Below the pieces are notes generated by a model, which did no database searches, had not been told where the DNA came from, and worked only from the letters and a program-made list of their open reading frames with translations. The translations under genes and the position numbers were made by a program. Below are positions 42,201 through 55,772 of a DNA stretch of 64,000 nucleotides, piece after piece. Source of the DNA: Setoptus koraiensis (lineage: Eukaryota; Animalia; Arthropoda); NCBI GenBank assembly GCA_048013815.1, contig CM106586.1:1736001-1800000 (forward strand). The letters run 5' to 3'. Position 1 is the first letter of the stretch. The number at the start of each line of letters is the position of its first letter.

Positions 42201-42663
42201 CTTGTCGTACTGGCAAGTCACAATTGTTTGCAGTTGCATAACGACAGGATAATTGTTGATTGTTGTTGTTTGCAGCAAATTGATTGTTGCGTCTGTGATT
42301 AATGCAATGCTGACTTTTGGCTATTCGTTGCTTGATTGTCATATCAGCGGTGCGCTCATCGTATTTTGGTGGCCGCTGAGACACGCTAGAATGCAGTGTT
42401 GGGCCACTATGAGATAATGATAATTTTCTTATAATTTGATTCTCATTTTCGCTTAAGCTATCGCTGGCCGCTTGTGTGTTTAGTATGTCAGTGAAATGAC
42501 CAGTAGTACGACATATATCACAACAATACGTATGTAGTCTGATTGGCTGACTAGAGAAACATTTCTTCTCGTTCACTTTACACCTTATGCACATGCTCTT
42601 GTTGGTTGGCCGATGATGACAATGATCTGATGGATGCGGTGAGTGCGACATGGTGGTGACCAT
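36129..42663 (-). CDS. Clip-type, probably type II transmembrane, trypsin-like serine protease (Stubble/filzig/CG8170-like). complement(join(36129..36184,36317..36891,37041..37206,37344..42663)), about 2038 aa
   Basis: Phase-consistent introns (137, 149 and 132 nt) assemble VCGR...RR|IIGG, QCGGAL, TAAHC (His), DIAILKL (Asp), DACVGDSGGP (Ser, with S1 Asp) and SAGFGCAQSRQPGIYHRV...WI. Exon 1 carries a hydrophobic segment LIINVIIALLIYCVTL and a six-Cys clip-like cluster at 41008-41205. The start codon is uncertain: the first ATG is 42663 and an upstream exon is possible through an acceptor at about 42702. Confidence 0.85.
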
Positions 42664-43862
42664 ATAAATATTATGATGTGATTGGTGTTTGTTGTTTAAA
42701 ACTAAATGAGAGCAATGAATTTTGCGCTGTGGCCCATTGATGGCGTGATCAAGCGACAACAATCATCATTTGGTCGGCGGTTGGTGGCAATGGAAGAGAA
42801 GACAAAGACGAGAGAGCAAGTTTTTATTGTTGCTAAGTATGAGTTGAGCGTAAACATTTGCAAGCTTGCCAACTGCAATAACAAGACAAGTATGGTATCA
42901 CATGGGCATTGAGAGAGAGAGAGACATGAAGAGTGTGTGTGGAAAAGTGGAAAAATGGACAAGTGGATATATGGAGAAATGGAAAAAGAAATGCAATGTT
43001 TGCCGGACATCAATCACTCGAGTTGCCCAGATGAAAGGGTTGCAAGTTGCGAGAGGCGAGAGGCAAGAGGCAGACGAGACGACATGGTAAGCTGATTCGC
43101 TCGCTGCCAGTTGCCTGCATGGCCTGGTTGTATTGTTGGTGTAATTGAATAAATGCGAATAATTTGCGATTGTAGTGCCCATTCACCTGTGTCTTGGCGT
43201 CAGCGGGCAGCATTGGCAAGAAACAGAGAGCCACACAAAGTGCAAGCAACTCGCTAATCGGCACTTCAACTCGGAGCCTTCGAGGGAGATAACAAGGTGC
43301 AACTCGCCTTCAATTTAGCTGCTCAATGGAGCACTCAAGATTCTTGTTGAGTCAAGTCATTCTTGTGAGTGTGCGAATGGAGCAAAAAATGAAATCAATC
43401 GTGATGTTGGTGGCTGTAATCGAGCCGAGATAAAAGAAACGAAAAGATGCCCTCTTTGCATTATTATTATTATTGTATTATTACTATTATCTTGCAATTG
43501 GCAACTTGTGGGCTCACTGAGTGACGCAATTCGCATTTGGAAGCAGCTAGCAGCCTTGATTGTCACTTGTGCATCACTTATGCTTATTCTAATACTTGTA
43601 TTTATATTTATACTTATATTTTTACTTATGCACATACTCGCTCTCATGTATCGAATAAATGGTAATATATTATTATTAATATTTTTGTCCATGTTCATAC
43701 GTGAATATCGGATCGGCTAATCGAAGGAGGCCTGCTCATCCACTGGCCACAATCATGGCGCTGGCCAATCGCCGATCGAGTGTGATGCCGGCATCGAGAT
43801 CAAGAGATCACAATGACTGACATATGAGGATATGTCAGACATACTGGACACTGTTGGCGCCA

Positions 43863-43952
43863 CTCGCAAAACTGGCGATACTCGCAAAACTGGCGATACT
43901 CGCAAAACTGGCGATACTCGCAAAACTGGCGATACTTGCGAAACTGGCAAGC
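43863..43952. repeat. 18-bp minisatellite ctcgcaaaactggcgata, 4 exact copies plus 1 degenerate
   Basis: Units start at 43863, 43881, 43899 and 43917 (identical) and 43935 (cttgcgaaactggcaagc). Confidence 0.95.
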
Positions 43953-45987
43953 TAGAATTACGTAACGACAATGATGAGAAGCATGCTATTAGCGAGTGAG
44001 TATGAACTAAATAGAAGGCTTGCTATTTTATACGCTATTATCATGCTAGTGGCTTCTTTCAGTCGCCACTCAACTACTATATGATGGTAGCTAGATAATC
44101 ATAGATAGTAACAAGTGGTTTATTTTACTTTCTTGCTTGCCCAATGAAATGTGAGTTTTATTATTATAGTATATATTTCAAAGTTGGTGTGTGTGTGTGT
44201 GTGTGTGTGTTGAGTGGTCATGACGATTGTCCACTGCGCCAGGCGATTGTCATGTCACACAGTGACAGTGTCAGTGGCCCAATGATGATGTAATAACTTG
44301 ACCATTAAATGTATCACCTTCACCCGTTGTTGCACTGCAACGGTAATTTATATTTATATTATAAATACTCAATGAATGAGTAGTCTCACCGCTGTGCTCA
44401 CTGACAACTTTTGACAACTTTATGCCGCCGTGACCATTAGCGCTGGCTACTAACACGACGACCTTGATATAACCGATATAACGTATATATGGATATGGAT
44501 ATAGATATATAGATGATCCGCGTCATGCAATGCACATCATGCGCACAGTGAGAGGCCAGTCGACAGTGAGATTAATCTCTAAACAAGAAATAATGGCGAG
44601 AAAGTAATACTTTTCTCGGTGTCTTGCCAGATTCATCGTCATGTTGGCTGGTTCGCAGATGCAGATGCAAATCATGACTTGCCCGCTCGTCTATCTCGCT
44701 CGTCTATCGTCCAAACTGATTTTAGCGCCAGATAAACAGTCCAGCGAGCATACAAACAATAATAATAATAATAAATAACAAAAATGATCAACGAGCCAGA
44801 TAAAATGAGCCACACAACCTGTGTCTGCATCTAAACTTAACATTCTAAAGTTTACCACTAGTGCCGCTGGTGCCGCTAGTGCCACCAGTGCACATCTCAG
44901 CCTTACATCTGTGTCTCACATCTCTGTCTCACATCTCTGTCAGAATTTCCACCTCAGATTGCATCTCTCTTCTCATGTGAGTGCCATTATTATCACTATT
45001 ATTGTTATTATTATGTAACCATAATAATAATAGTAATAATGATCATGACGCTGTTACAAGTGCAACACAACAATGATTATTACTAATCTATTGTTTTCAC
45101 TTTGCGCCTCTGGATGAGGCCATTTGCGCACTTTAGCACTGGCCGCAACTGGCCAAAGTGACGCATGACACATGCTATTATTACATGACTCCTCTCCGCT
45201 TTATTACTTGCAAACTGTATTTAAAGCATGCCATTTAAGCCGCGCTCACTTGTCTGCCAGACTCACCTTTGCCTCCAGCTTGGTCAACAATTCGGACGCT
45301 TCGAAAATTCGGTGAACAATCTGCGAACAGTGGGCACGCTTCGAAAATGGTCGCAATCGATGATACGCTGGTGATTGTTGTTGTCGTCCTCTTGCTGTGG
45401 CTGTGTTGTGTTGTGTTGGCACTTGTTGATGTTGCTATCCTTACAAGTGCAACTATTGTGCAATAGTTAAGACGCTAACGGTGTTGCTTCCTCGGGTGTT
45501 GCTTACTGTGTGTATTCAGTGGCTATCCTAACGGCTAACAAGTTGTAACTGATATGCTCGCTAATTAGTTGATTGTTGTTGTTGTTGTTGTTGTTGCTGC
45601 TGCTAGACACAAATGGCGCAAATAGATTTGCTGTTGTTCTAAATATGGCCATAAAATATAAAAGTTGAAATAGCTTCTCACTATGGATCTGTGGTAGTTG
45701 CTGTTGTTGTTGCTGCTGTTGCTGTTCATTCAAATTGTTGGTCTTCAGCTGGTTGAATATATTGCATTGCATTGTTTACAGGCGAGTTATTGTTATCATT
45801 AGAGAGACATTACAGTTATGTTATGTTGTTGCACTGTTACAAGCAGCGTTGTTGTTGCTGTTGTTTGCGAACAACAAGTCAGTTAGCGAGTTCTTTTGTC
45901 TGACCTCTTTGCCTCAACTTGATTCTCAATTAGTGTTATAGTGCCAGTCAATAGATTGATTTCAGCTGGCACCTGTTGTGTTGCTGT

Positions 45988-46048
45988 TGCTGTCGGTGTT
46001 GCTGTCGGTGTTGCTGTCGGTGTTGCTGTCGTTGTTGCTGTCGTTGTT
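45988..46048. repeat. 12-bp tandem repeat (gctgtcggtgtt), about 5 copies
   Basis: gctgtcggtgtt three times, then gctgtcgttgtt twice. Confidence 0.85.
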
Positions 46049-46404
46049 GATGGTGATGTGTTTATCAACTTAATCTATTATTCATGGCTCAATTATTTAT
46101 TTTTTTTATTTTCAGGCCGTTATTTTCTATGCTGCATGCGATTGCAATGTGCGCTATGACTTTTTGCTGTTGCAATTATCCGACGATGATCAAATGGGAC
46201 AGTTGAGGTGCAGTTGATCAATGATCACAAAATCAACTCTGACTGGCGCGTCTATCTATCTGATGAGCTCACTAAATGACATCAATACGGCGCCAATACA
46301 GAATGGGAGCCTCAATAACCAGTGAGCAAGACTCACTATTTAACTATTTGACAACTCGCACCGATTAACAATAGACGCCGTCGGACCACCCTGTTGTTTA
46401 TTGT

Positions 46405-46437
<33 letters not shown>

Positions 46438-47931
46438 GACCATTATTTAATTATCATTTTTACTAACGAAAAATTCAAATATCATCCGAACACAAGAATT
46501 CTTCGAATAGCGGCGGAGCGATGCAAAGCGATATTACTTGTTATTATTTTCTATTATCTTATTTAGCCTTGCTAGTTATGATGATGCAACCAACAGGTAG
46601 TTTGCTTGGTGGTCTATTGTTGTTAATTTGTTACGCTATTCTATTGGTTGTTCTATTGGTTGTTATTTTGGCTGTTTTGTTGGCTGCTCCGTTGGCTGTT
46701 ATATTGGTTACCCTATCAGATGTTCGCTTTCCATTTGGCCGCATTGGTCAGGTTGATTGTTGTATATTTGTATTTGACAATTGATTCTTGTTGTATGTGA
46801 TAACGCAATGCACCACTAATTGACAATTCCTCTAATCGTGTGTCCTATCGACTATATACACCGATGTCTATAACCGTTCAAACAACAACAATGATAATGA
46901 TGATCTAGCAAACACAATTTTCACTGCATGTCATGCATCGCAATCATAGCCGCTGTTTCATATTGTTGGCTGGTGTATCCAATCGACTTTACTGCTTCTA
47001 TGCGATTATTATGTCATCATCGTGTCACGATACAGTTTGCTTCTGTTGTTTGGTCAGTTGTGATTTGGTTGCATTTGCGGCGCGCATGTGTGGCAATCGA
47101 TGACAGTTGGTGGCAACGAGGAAAGGCAATGAGCAAAAGTTGGAGTTGTTATAACGGTATGTGTGACTAATAATGATTCGTCCGAGTGGACAGTTTGTTG
47201 TCACCTGTTGTTGTTGTCGCTGTTGTTGTTGTCGCTGTTGTAGCTATTGGACGAGCGAGTGGAACTAGAGTTTTGATGCGATGTGCGGCTTCTATTGGCA
47301 ACTGTCGACGAGCATGTCGAATGTGAAATGAACAAGTGAAATTATTAATATCACTATTTCTATTATGTCATCACAATGAAAGTTGAAAGTAGCGTTGAGA
47401 TCACTGGCTGTTGCATGAATGAGTGTGGTTGTCACTTGTGAGCGTTGTCATTCATAGCATCATCGTCATCATCAAAATGACAACAATATCTATCTAATTT
47501 GGCCAATGTTCAATGTCCACTGTACCCACATACAAACAAGTGGCTAATAATAACACATGTACGTATTGCAACCAATAGAATGATGATATCTCTCTATGTC
47601 TCTATGAGTCGCTTGTTGTTGTTGCCGGTTGTTGCTGTTTGTTGTTGCTGTTGCTGTTGGTGGCTGCCGCTGGATGGTTGTCGGTTGGGCGTCGCTTATC
47701 GCAAATCGATGATGGTTGCTCAGCTGAAGAATATATCAAATTATCTCCCTGTCTGTTTATGTAACCATAAACAGAATATCCATCCACTGCTCACTGTATG
47801 CGCTGCTGGTTGCTGGTTGCTGGTTAGTGCCGTTAGATCTTGCAGCCAAGTTTGACTCTGACTTTTGACACACCTAAACAATAGTTGCGACGCTAGTTGT
47901 TGCCGTTGCTGTCGTTGCCGCTGATGGTGTC

Positions 47932-47932
47932 G

Positions 47933-47985
<53 letters not shown>
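47932..47985. repeat. (GTT)18 microsatellite
   Basis: Uninterrupted GTT run. Confidence 0.95.
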
Positions 47986-50900
47986 GCAGGAGACAACAAA
48001 CAATTGACTGCAAACTGACCGAGACCACTGATGTGCCATGGAGATCGCGGCAGCTAGCAGATCTCAGCTGAGCTCTTTCTACTGCGGCCGTCTCAATACT
48101 ATTACCGCTGCACTCTCATTGCTATCTTCGCTGGCTAGCTATTGATTCGCTGCTTGGACCTCCTCTCTCGGCGTCTTGGCGTCTCGGCTTCTCGGCATCT
48201 TGGCGTCTCGGCTTCGTTGCGCTGCGCTAGCAAGCGCGCACAACATTTGAGCTTGGCGACTCAGCTCAACTGACTTTTCACCATTCACTCTTTGGCTCTG
48301 TCGGCTGGCGTGCCGATGCAAGTGGCCGATGTAGCCAAAGTAGCCGGAGTAGCGCAAGTAGACGATGTTGCCCAGCCAGTCGATATGGCATCCGAGCAGC
48401 CACCAAAATTGCTAAAACCGAGACACAGAGAGAAAACTTTTCTTTATCAACTTTATCATGAATGAATGAACTTTACCTCAAGTTTTTGTCATACTGGCAG
48501 GCTGAGTCTTAGCTCGGTTTGTCGGCCGGACCGGCTACATGTGTGACCAATCGTATCGGTACAAGTAGCATCAGCAGCAGCATCAAATAAACAGAAGCAT
48601 CTCGCAGCTAACAAGCCCGGCAAGAGCACAGAGCGTCGGACCGTCGGAGCGATAGAGCGATGGAGCGATGGAAGAATTCAATTCTGATTCGATCTTAGCC
48701 GCCAGAGAAGCCGCCAGAGCGGCCGCCAGAGTGGCCGGCACATTGAGTCCGCATGAAGCCGAGGCAGCAGCGTGTGTCATATGAGCACCAAAGCAACAGG
48801 TACACTTTCGGTGTTACCTGTTGAGTCTCGCCTGATCGGGCCACTCTTGTTTAGGTGAGCAAAGTCGCCAAAACAAACGTACGCATAAGTGAATTAGTTT
48901 GTATAAACTTAGCTCATTGTTGATGGCTCATGAATAATAGCGCTCATGACACCGCTTATCCATTTATCCATACTTGGCAAACATGGCAATATTGCCAAAC
49001 TGCGACCTGTTGTGTTGTGAGAGTTTGGCCAGGTGAGCCATTGCTCGGCTCTGGCCAGAGAGCTTTTGCTGGCCGCAGCGACACACTGTAAAGGCCGAGT
49101 AGTGAGCAGTGAGTTGGAGTTAGTTACTTTGTGCGGCTTTGCTGCTACTTGCGCCATCATCGCCAATTGATGATCACCGATAATGCATTCTCTTCTTTAC
49201 CCATTCGCACATATATCACACTTGCCCATATATCTGGCTGGACACATTCACTTGCTGCGGCCATATGCGGCCACTTGCACCATGCCTTACTAATGTATCA
49301 CTCATATAACTCATATAACTGATGAAACTGATATAATGCTGCTGCTAAGATCATCTTGGCAAGATCGCTGCTGAGATAGACATTGGCGCAGTAAGTGAGG
49401 GGCAAGCATACTGACAAGAGTGTAACAAGTCGCAATGAACTGTCGGCTTTATGGGGCTATAAATACGATGATGGATGGTGTCAGTTGTCACACACGCGAC
49501 ACCAATCACAGTGCCCAACAATGCACAGGTATCCTGTGTGTGTAACCTGTATCGTTGTGTTATTTGTATCAGTGAGGCCCAATCTATTTCTATATCTTGT
49601 ATATTTCGCTGCTGTTGGTCGTAAATGCTCACAATGTTGCTAGTTTCTTATGCTTGCAAACTTGTTGGTCATACCCAGAGTAAGCTTGTTTGCCTGTTGC
49701 GGTCTACCCAATAGGAAATCCATTTTAGTCGTTCAATCCGTCGTCGTTTATGCATGCCCGATGACATGCCAATACAACAATAACATATCTCAACAATAAT
49801 CGTGTATAATAACAATCGGATCTGAAATGGATGTGCAATGACAATCCGATATTTGCAATGTTTCCACTTTCGTCGTCGTAGACGTCGCCGCATCTTTTAA
49901 TACGCATCCTGTCTGCCTTACCTGTGTAACCTGTAACGACCGACGGTGCAACAAGTAACAACGACCTCTGTGTTGCCGTACATGCTGGTTGTATATACAA
50001 ATACACATAAATTTATTTGTTTCATGCGTCTCATGTATCTCTGCTATTTTATAAAAGGCATAGCATCATTATGTCATCATGCTATTTGCTGTATGCTGTT
50101 GGCATGACAACAGCATAAGTTGAAAGTAATAGTTTCTGGTTTTTGCGGTCATCATGTTAGTTCTCGCGTAAAACAAATGCCAATAAAATCAACTGAAACA
50201 TCAAAGTGCAAAGTTGTAATCGCAGCTCAAATCTTGCTGTGTCCAGTTTAATGTGACACTCTGGCATCCTGATGCACAACTCATGTCACCATGACAACAT
50301 CGTCTATTGAGATATACAAATAAGACTGACAGATATATAAGTGGTGACAGTATGAAATAATAAAACAGTCACCGATATAACAAGTGGCAGCTCGTGATTG
50401 AAACCAATCAATAACGCGACACTGTTTGCGTGCACAAAAATCAATCAGTTGTCTGTGTTATTATATTACATAATGTATGATACAATAGATAAATAAACAC
50501 CATTTGGCGGCAGACAACAGGTCACAAGCATGAGAGACAGAGTTTGAGTTTTATAAAGAAAGCATGATGATGTAACATTTCTATATCTAGTGAACGGGTA
50601 AAAAAGAATGACTCAATTGAGTTTTTAGTATTTTTCATCTTGTTGACTGTTGTGTCTCGAAAAAAAAGGAAGCGTGAGAAATTGTACAATGGCAATCAGC
50701 AGTGTCTCATGTGATTTGAAATGATCTAGTTGCTGTTGCTGTCATTCAGTAATCGCTTACTTTCCACCAACAACAACAAGCCAGAAAATATTTAGCTGCA
50801 AGATTTAATTTCCTCACGCTCTGCCATCTGTATAATTTTGCTAACTGGTCATACCCAGATACACCGAGATATGCCGTCCAATGGTGTGTGTAGCTTGATA

Positions 50901-53242
50901 AACTTGATATTCGCTGAGCAACGAGGATAGCGAGTTGTGTCATTTGTCATCTGTCATCTATCATCTGTCGTCCATCGTCTGTCATAACTGCACGATGGTC
51001 ACTTGCGCAGAAAAACAGACACACCATCAATCAGTGTACCGGTGTGTTGAGTCGGCCGTATATATGTCGCCCGATGTCATGACAACAAAGGTTTCTTCTC
51101 TAGTGTTACTACGTGAATACCTGTGCTCAATGGGTCCACTTCAACTCATGCCGCATCACCTGTCATTGTGATGAAATGATGATGCACAACTGACAACTGC
51201 ACCGTGAACAGTTACGCAATCACCAATGCATCACCCATGAATACAGTGAGCGCCAATGAGTGAGTGCAGCGATGAAATCATAAACAGTGTGTCATGATAA
51301 TTATTGATCTTGGTGACAGGTGATTTACCTGTATGAGTGTGTGTGTGTGTGTCACGGCTGTGTCGTTTGTTCGTGTGGTGTCCATCACTGTCGCTCATGT
51401 CTCTCTATGTGGTGGATGTTGTGTGTGTGTGTGTGTCTCAATAGATAGATGCAGTAGACATAGAATAGAAAAATAGAAAGTAACTGTCAGTTGGAAAAAG
51501 AATAAGAATCGTCGCTTGCTCAACTTGCTAGAAATAACCATTGAGAGTGAATCGCGCCTACGCCTCGTCATGTGGCCGCTATATTAATATTGTTGCATTA
51601 ATGTTATTAATGCAGCCAAACATACCTGGCTAGACCATAGTGACCGGGTGAGATGCTGACCAGCTCAAAAGTTACTTTTTCATAGCATTCGGCTTTATCA
51701 CCCATCTTGTTTGAGTGTTGTAGTTGCAGATATAAGCAGTATGTTTGGCAGTGCCAGCAGTTGTTGGTCGCATCACAATCACAACATATCAACCTGTTGT
51801 CGTTGATGTTTTGATATACGTGAGAATAAAGTGTTGGCACTACTCATGTAGCACATATCTAGACAGCACCAACATTCAGCATATAGCTTACATGTATAGA
51901 GACACAGCGATAGCCAACATAACGGCGCCGGACCATATATAAGACCATATATGCAGCGAATATGCAGCATATATCTCATATAAGCTCTTATATGGTGTAT
52001 ATCTGATATATACCTGGTATGGTATATCTGATATGTGAGCGTACAACAATAATTCATGACTAGCACAATATTGTTTGCTGGCTTCATAAAGAAAAAGTTC
52101 ATTAACATCTCGGTGTGTACGAAGCAAACAATCTCGTTGCTAAATAACTCTTCACGACTTGTTCTCTTGCGATGCACTTTCTACTTTATCTGGCTCTCGT
52201 TGTTGGTTGGTGTTGTTTTTGTTCTCATAATGTACTGTGTGCATATACATATATATCTATATAATCGTGTTTCTCTTGTTTAAATCAACTCCAACACTCA
52301 CATACACAGGTACAGTCTGATTGAAAAAGTGACTAGTAACGCAACTCACAGACATACAAGATTCTCTTTGTGCACCTTTGTTTATAAATATACTTATATA
52401 TGTATGATACATACATAATCAAACTGAACAATGGAACAGATGGGCAATTGCATAGATAGAGGGAGCGAGAGAGATAAGTAAAAAATCAATCACATCAAAC
52501 AGGCCGAAACATCGATAGATCACCAGTTGCTTGGCTAGCCAGAAATGGATCTCTTTGGCCAACATGAGGCAGATGGACAACAAACATGGGTGTATGTTAG
52601 CCGTTATGCAACATGTAACTATGCACCAAAGTGCAGGTAAGCGGTGAATGGCTGCATAACAACAAACAAATAATTATTTGGATCATCATCATCATCCTCA
52701 GTCAGAATATCAATCAGACACGGCAAGCAGCAACAAGCGGCAATGATTTAATGGTGGCCACAGTGTGCTGAATAAACTGACAGAAAGATCAACAATCAAG
52801 GTTAATATAGCTAATTTGTTAGCTAGCTTGTTGCTGTTGTTGCTGCTGCTGCTGTTGTTGTTGTTGTTGTTGCTGCTGCTGTTGTTGCTGTTGCTATCGC
52901 TGTTGTTGGTTCAGGTTTTGTCCAACAGCGGTTGGTGGGCATTAGATTTCATGCCTCGTTTTCATAATTAATCCACTTCATTGGTGAACCTTTTCCAAAT
53001 TCCAAAATAGACAGACACAGAAGGAGCGTGGACAAATAGCTTTCTATCTAGTGATAACTTTTTTCTTTCTGTCTCCGTCTATCTCTTGCTCACTGGCTTG
53101 CTGTCTGGGGATAGCCGGCTTCTATCTGGCCAAATTCGGCAGCAAAGGCACCAGTAACAAGAGCAACTGTGAACTGAGTAAAGTTCAGCAGATTCAGTAG
53201 ATGAATAATTAGCCGAATGAAAGTCCTTTACCCTGAATGTTT

Positions 53243-53270
53243 GAATGAATGAATGAATGAATGAATGAAT
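53243..53270. repeat. (GAAT)7 microsatellite
   Basis: Read directly. Confidence 0.9.
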
Positions 53271-54859
53271 GAGCCAACGAATAGAATAGAGAGGAATTTA
53301 GAGAATGAAAGGACGACTATTGAGAGATACATGTACCCAGCGTGGAAACTAACTTTTTTTTTGCACTCACTACCCACAAACACACTGCCACAAATGCCGT
53401 ATCACTTGCTCACTAATACCACTAATGCTACTACGCTATCTCTTGTCAGTGTATCTCTATCTCAGAGAGAAGTGTATAGACGAAAGAAAAGAAGAAAGCA
53501 TAAGAATCTAGGTGAGAGAGCAAGACTAGTTTAGGTCAGTATTCTTCGTGTCCTTTGATGAATATATAAACTTACAACAACAACGCCAACAACAACAGCG
53601 CCAACATCGATGCCCCAAGTTTCTAAGAACAAAAACGCAACCACATAAGCATCTGTTGTTTTTTTCGCTTCTTCTTTTTCTCTTTCTCTCGTCGTTGTCT
53701 GGCAATCTTGGCCACTATCTCTCAATGCATGCTATTTCTCAAATAGAGAGATAGAAAGTCCCAAACATTGATCGGACTGAAACGGAGAGAGTTGATATAA
53801 CTAATTGTGCAAATGAAAAGCTTTCCTCTTATGCCTCATGTGAGATATATTTCACCTTCTACTTAGTTTAGCTGCAAAGTAACAACAACAACAACAGCGT
53901 CATGTGAATCTAATGAATGAATTCAATCAAATTCCTACTATCTGTCCGTTTGTCTCTCAGACAGAATTACGTCAAACAATGCAATTGGGCACCTTGAAAA
54001 CTCATTGTTGCCTGTTATGGCCCGTGTGTCTAAATCCTCAACACTCAATATAAGACATGAGTAAAGCTTATGCTGACCACTGGTCCACGGCAGTGGCCAC
54101 TGTCTAGCTGGCAATGACGAGGAACGCTGCCAAATCTCTATCTTTTCATCATAAGAAAAATCGCGCTGCAAATCGATTGACAGAAAACTGGGCAACTACA
54201 CCTCTATATTCAGGTATGTGCTACCAATAGCTCTGAATTGGTGGTAGATCTATAAGAGCGGTCTCTTTCTCCAAGTATGAAATCTCCACTGGAGAGACTC
54301 ACACACAACAAGTTTCAACTAGGGAAATAGAGCGTGTTTGCCGGGACAAACTCGGAGAAACCTTTTACTCCGTTCATCATTCAAAATGCTATTACCTAAC
54401 CTGGCTCTTGTTGTTTTGAGGAAATAGGAAGATGATCGTGTGTCTCGAAGTCAACGACGACAGGCAAATTTAGAGTCATTATAATGTGATAACCTCGCTG
54501 TTCAGATAATTTGAGCTATTGTTGTTGCGTGCATCGTTACGACACTTCCGTGCTACTGGAAGCCAGATAGCCCGGTGCTACGTTTATGAAAACGGTATAT
54601 AAATAAATATATATATGTATATATATGACTAGAAGTCACAACAACAAGCACGACTATTCGATTAAGAAACCAGTCAACAGTTGCCGGCAGAGAGTGTTCC
54701 GGCAAAATTTAGATCAGATACACTTTCAGTTATTACAGCAGTATCTGTGTTGACATATAGTAATCATGCAGTCTGAGTTTTTATTTTAGTCCATGTGTCT
54801 CTTGTTGATGCGAATCACTCAATTTATATCAAATCCTTATCATGGTGATAGGTTGATAG

Positions 54860-55459
54860 TCACTGCTCCAGCAAATCCAAAACTATTGATGTCCGATTAG
54901 CTGTTGCTGCTTTGAATTGTTTGTACTCTATGTTGGCCATTTGAAACATAATTCTAGACGCTTTTGTTTCCTCTTTCTCGTGATGTTTATCTGACAAATA
55001 AATAACTTTTTTAATTCCTGATTGTATTATTCCTTTGGCACATTCGTTGCACGGAAATAGCGTTACATAAATGGTACAATCAGTCTGATCTGTTTGAGTA
55101 CAATTTAATATGGCATTTAATTCGGCATGCACAACGTAGGCATATTTTGTTTTTGAATAGGGCAATTCTTTGTCTTTGTCCCACGGCACTAGATCATCGT
55201 GAACACCACGAGGCAGACCATTGTAACCTAATCCAACGATTTTATTTTGTTTGTTCACTATGCACGCGCCCACTTGTGTCGACGGATCCTTGGACCTCAT
55301 GGCGGTCAATTTGGCTAGATACATGAAAAGATCATTCCACTCTAAATTGTCTGTTCGCTTTGGCTGGCACCCAGAGAAATCAAACTGCTCCTTCAATTTT
55401 CTTTTATCTTTTCTTTTTTTACTTCTACTTTTCTTCGGTTCCTCAACCTTTGGGTCCAT
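54860..55459 (-). CDS. DCTD: dCMP deaminase, intronless
   Basis: AKLTAMRSKDPSTQVGACIVN, GYNGLPRG, and zinc ligands VHAELNAI and FPCNECAK. First ATG at 55459 (MDPKVEE). Confidence 0.95.
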   Translation of the reverse strand: MDPKVEEPKKSRSKKRKDKRKLKEQFDFSGCQPKRTDNLEWNDLFMYLAKLTAMRSKDPSTQVGACIVNKQNKIVGLGYNGLPRGVHDDLVPWDKDKELPYSKTKYAYVVHAELNAILNCTQTDQTDCTIYVTLFPCNECAKGIIQSGIKKVIYLSDKHHEKEETKASRIMFQMANIEYKQFKAATANRTSIVLDLLEQ

Positions 55460-55772
55460 GATTAATAACAATAGTAATTACAATACTCCTAATAATAATA
55501 TTATACCTTTGCACTGATGCTTATCACGCTACTATGGAATCTTCCGGCTACAGACCTTTTAAATCTTGCCACAACAAACGAGATCTTACAAGTGAAATTC
55601 TTGTGGTAAAAAGAAAAAAAAATCATTTTTCAAATCGCGCGCTATATGTATCGAAATTGCCAATCTCGACACGACAACAAACTACCAACATTTGTCTTGC
55701 GAAGATCCTGCGGATTAGTCCATTTTCTCACCTGTCATTTATTATTTTCTCACCATTACCCAACTTTAAACC

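Larger units (their letters stand above)
43000..54800. other. About 12-kb noncoding, microsatellite-rich tract upstream of the protease gene (regulatory region or 5' introns)
   Basis: No ORF with a recognisable domain. Abundant (TTG)n, (TG)n and (CTG)n runs and stuttered repeats. Confidence 0.55.

Noticed and set aside
43010-43264. ORF with a signal-peptide-like LLALCVALCFLPMLPADA as a candidate first exon of the protease
   Set aside because: It starts at GTG with an in-frame stop upstream and no ATG before the hydrophobic run. Its phase-0 donor does not match the phase-1 acceptor at about 42702.
43863-43952. Direct repeats as a CRISPR array
   Set aside because: The units are contiguous with no spacers, no cas genes are present, and the context is eukaryotic.
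44219-44254. Hairpin containing a miR-219-like gattgtcca
   Set aside because: The stem is only 13 bp with three G-U pairs, and the sequence diverges from the miR-219 mature sequence. It is too short for a pre-miRNA.
48855-48880. gtgagcaaagt, matching the miR-87 5' end
   Set aside because: The match stops after 11 nt and there is no complementary arm.
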